From Myxococcota bacterium (lineage in GTDB: Bacteria; Myxococcota; JACRCW01): a stretch of 46,490 nucleotides of DNA. The position numbers and the translations under genes were made by a program. Location of the stretch: positions 1 through 46,490 of the forward strand of contig JBFMGU010000059.1 of NCBI GenBank assembly GCA_040752415.1, written 5' to 3'. The notes under the pieces were generated by a model. It had not been told where the DNA came from. It saw only the letters and a program-made list of their open reading frames with translations, and ran no database searches. Numbering within the stretch: position 1 is the first letter of the stretch; each line of letters starts with the position of its first letter. Of the stretch, positions 45,159 to 46,490 are shown piece after piece.

Positions 45159-46490
45159 ATGGGCCGTTCCCTGCTCCCCACCGTTGTGGCGTTCATCGTT
45201 GTCCTCGCCAGCCCGTCATTGCTTGCGCAGGAACAGCCCGCTCCCGCTCCCGCCCCCGTTGCGCGCTCCAGCGTCAAGGCCGATGAGCTCTATGAGCGCG
45301 CGCTCGTCGCGGAACAGGACCCCGAGAGCCGCGACCGCATCCGCGAAGAAGCGTGGTGCAAGCTCGCGCGGCTCAAGAAACGCAATCCCCACCTGCAGAC
45401 CGCGCGTCGCAAGTGCCGCATCTGGCGACACATCCACGGCGACTACCTCCAGCTGACCCGCTACATGGGCCTCAAGACCCGCTCCCCCGACGAGAAACTC
45501 AACGCCGTCGAGGACTTCCTCCGCGCCTACCCCGACGTCCCCAGCGACGAACGCGTCCGCGCCGCCGCCCACGCCCGCCTCCAGCTCTCCCGCGGTCACC
45601 CCCCCGCACTCCCCGTCGACATCGCCGCCGCGCGCGAACCCGCACCACCCGGCGACACCACCGCCGCCGCCGCGGGCGGAGGAATCTCGGCCGCAGTCCT
45701 CCTCGCCGTCGGCAGCCTGCTCGCACTCCCCGTTGCCGCCGTCGTCACCGTCGCCACGCTCGCCGCTTCCGTCGGTGCGGGGGCGGGTGGCGCACTGGGA
45801 GGCCTGGCCGGCGTGGCATTGGGTGCCGCGCTGTTCGAGGCGGCGTCGTGTGGAATCCCCGTGCTGGGCGCGCTCCTCGCCCCCGTGTGCTCCTCCAGCG
45901 GCGCCGCCGTGGGCTGGCTCACCGCCACGCTGGCCGGCGGAAAACGGCTGCCGCTCCTTCCCCTCGTGCTCGCCTCCACCGTCGCCAGCAGCGGGTTCGC
46001 GCTCGTGGGTGGGGCGTTCAACCTCGTCGGGGGGATGGCGGGGTGCCTGGCCGCCGGCGTGGTTGCCGCCGTCCTCAACGTGCAGCTCGCCAGCCAGCCT
46101 CCGCCCGGCACCTCGTGCGACGTCGTGGGGAACACCCTGGCCCGACTCACCGCGCAGGCCCTCCTCGTCGCCGTGCTGTACGCGGTGGGCGCGCTGATTG
46201 GGAATGTTGCGTGTGTGGCGACGTCGCTGGTGGGCAACGTCACCGCGCCGGTGCTGGTGGGCTTCCTCAGCGCCCGACGAGGCCGCGGCACCACCGAGAA
46301 CGAGAGCCGCGTGAACCTGGACCTCCTGGATGTCCCCGAGCCTGAACCGCCACCACGCAGCGACTACGGCGTTCCCGACTCCGAGCTCGACGACGCGCTG
46401 CCCCCTGCGGTGGCTCCGGTCGCACCTCTCGCTCCGCCGGAGGCCGTTCCCGCGCCGCCGCCCGCCGCGCCGCTCCCCACGGAGGAGCCG
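45159..46490 (+). CDS. Hypothetical membrane protein, truncated by the window end (missing from the ORF track)
   Basis: Translated by eye: MGRSLLPTVVAFIVVLASPSLLAQEQ signal, helical domain, long Gly/Ala hydrophobic region, Pro-rich tail; no stop in 444 codons. Confidence 0.75.
   Translation, partial: MGRSLLPTVVAFIVVLASPSLLAQEQPAPAPAPVARSSVKADELYERALVAEQDPESRDRIREEAWCKLARLKKRNPHLQTARRKCRIWRHIHGDYLQLTRYMGLKTRSPDEKLNAVEDFLRAYPDVPSDERVRAAAHARLQLSRGHPPALPVDIAAAREPAPPGDTTAAAAGGGISAAVLLAVGSLLALPVAAVVTVATLAASVGAGAGGALGGLAGVALGAALFEAASCGIPVLGALLAPVCSSSGAAVGWLTATLAGGKRLPLLPLVLASTVASSGFALVGGAFNLVGGMAGCLAAGVVAAVLNVQLASQPPPGTSCDVVGNTLARLTAQALLVAVLYAVGALIGNVACVATSLVGNVTAPVLVGFLSARRGRGTTENESRVNLDLLDVPEPEPPPRSDYGVPDSELDDALPPAVAPVAPLAPPEAVPAPPPAAPLPTEEP

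Overview
High-GC window whose gene content points to Myxococcota/Deltaproteobacteria (lipoproteins with Ser/Gly stalks, a MYXO-CTERM-like tail, lpxI, a HEAT/HD-GYP pair); the taxon is an inference. Core genes: ileS, lipB, fused E1 alpha/beta 2-oxoacid dehydrogenase, lpxI-lptA-lptB-rpoN, a FadL-type porin, a DHH phosphoesterase, a cold-shock protein, a PlsC-type acyltransferase and an M16 peptidase. Main points of interest: (1) a REP-associated HUH tyrosine transposase (RAYT) flanked by inverted 48-bp REPs and an 84-bp-period array, with two diverged REP doublets of the same GGA(G/C)T-GCGG..CCGC-(T/C)(T/C)TGG family at 13.7 and 26 kb; (2) three tandem vWA lipoproteins with graded stalk lengths, each behind its own sigma-54 -24/-12 motif, next to rpoN, whose operon also has a sigma-54 motif; (3) an XRE-regulated SDR + QueA-like module; (4) a HEAT protein coupled to a degenerate HD-GYP protein; (5) a candidate anti-SD small RNA; (6) a 4.7-kb surface-protein cassette bracketed by a duplicated sorting-signal gene tail; (7) IleRS with a KYSKS motif. 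No rRNA, tRNA or CRISPR array was recognised. All calls come from reading motifs by eye; no database searches were run.
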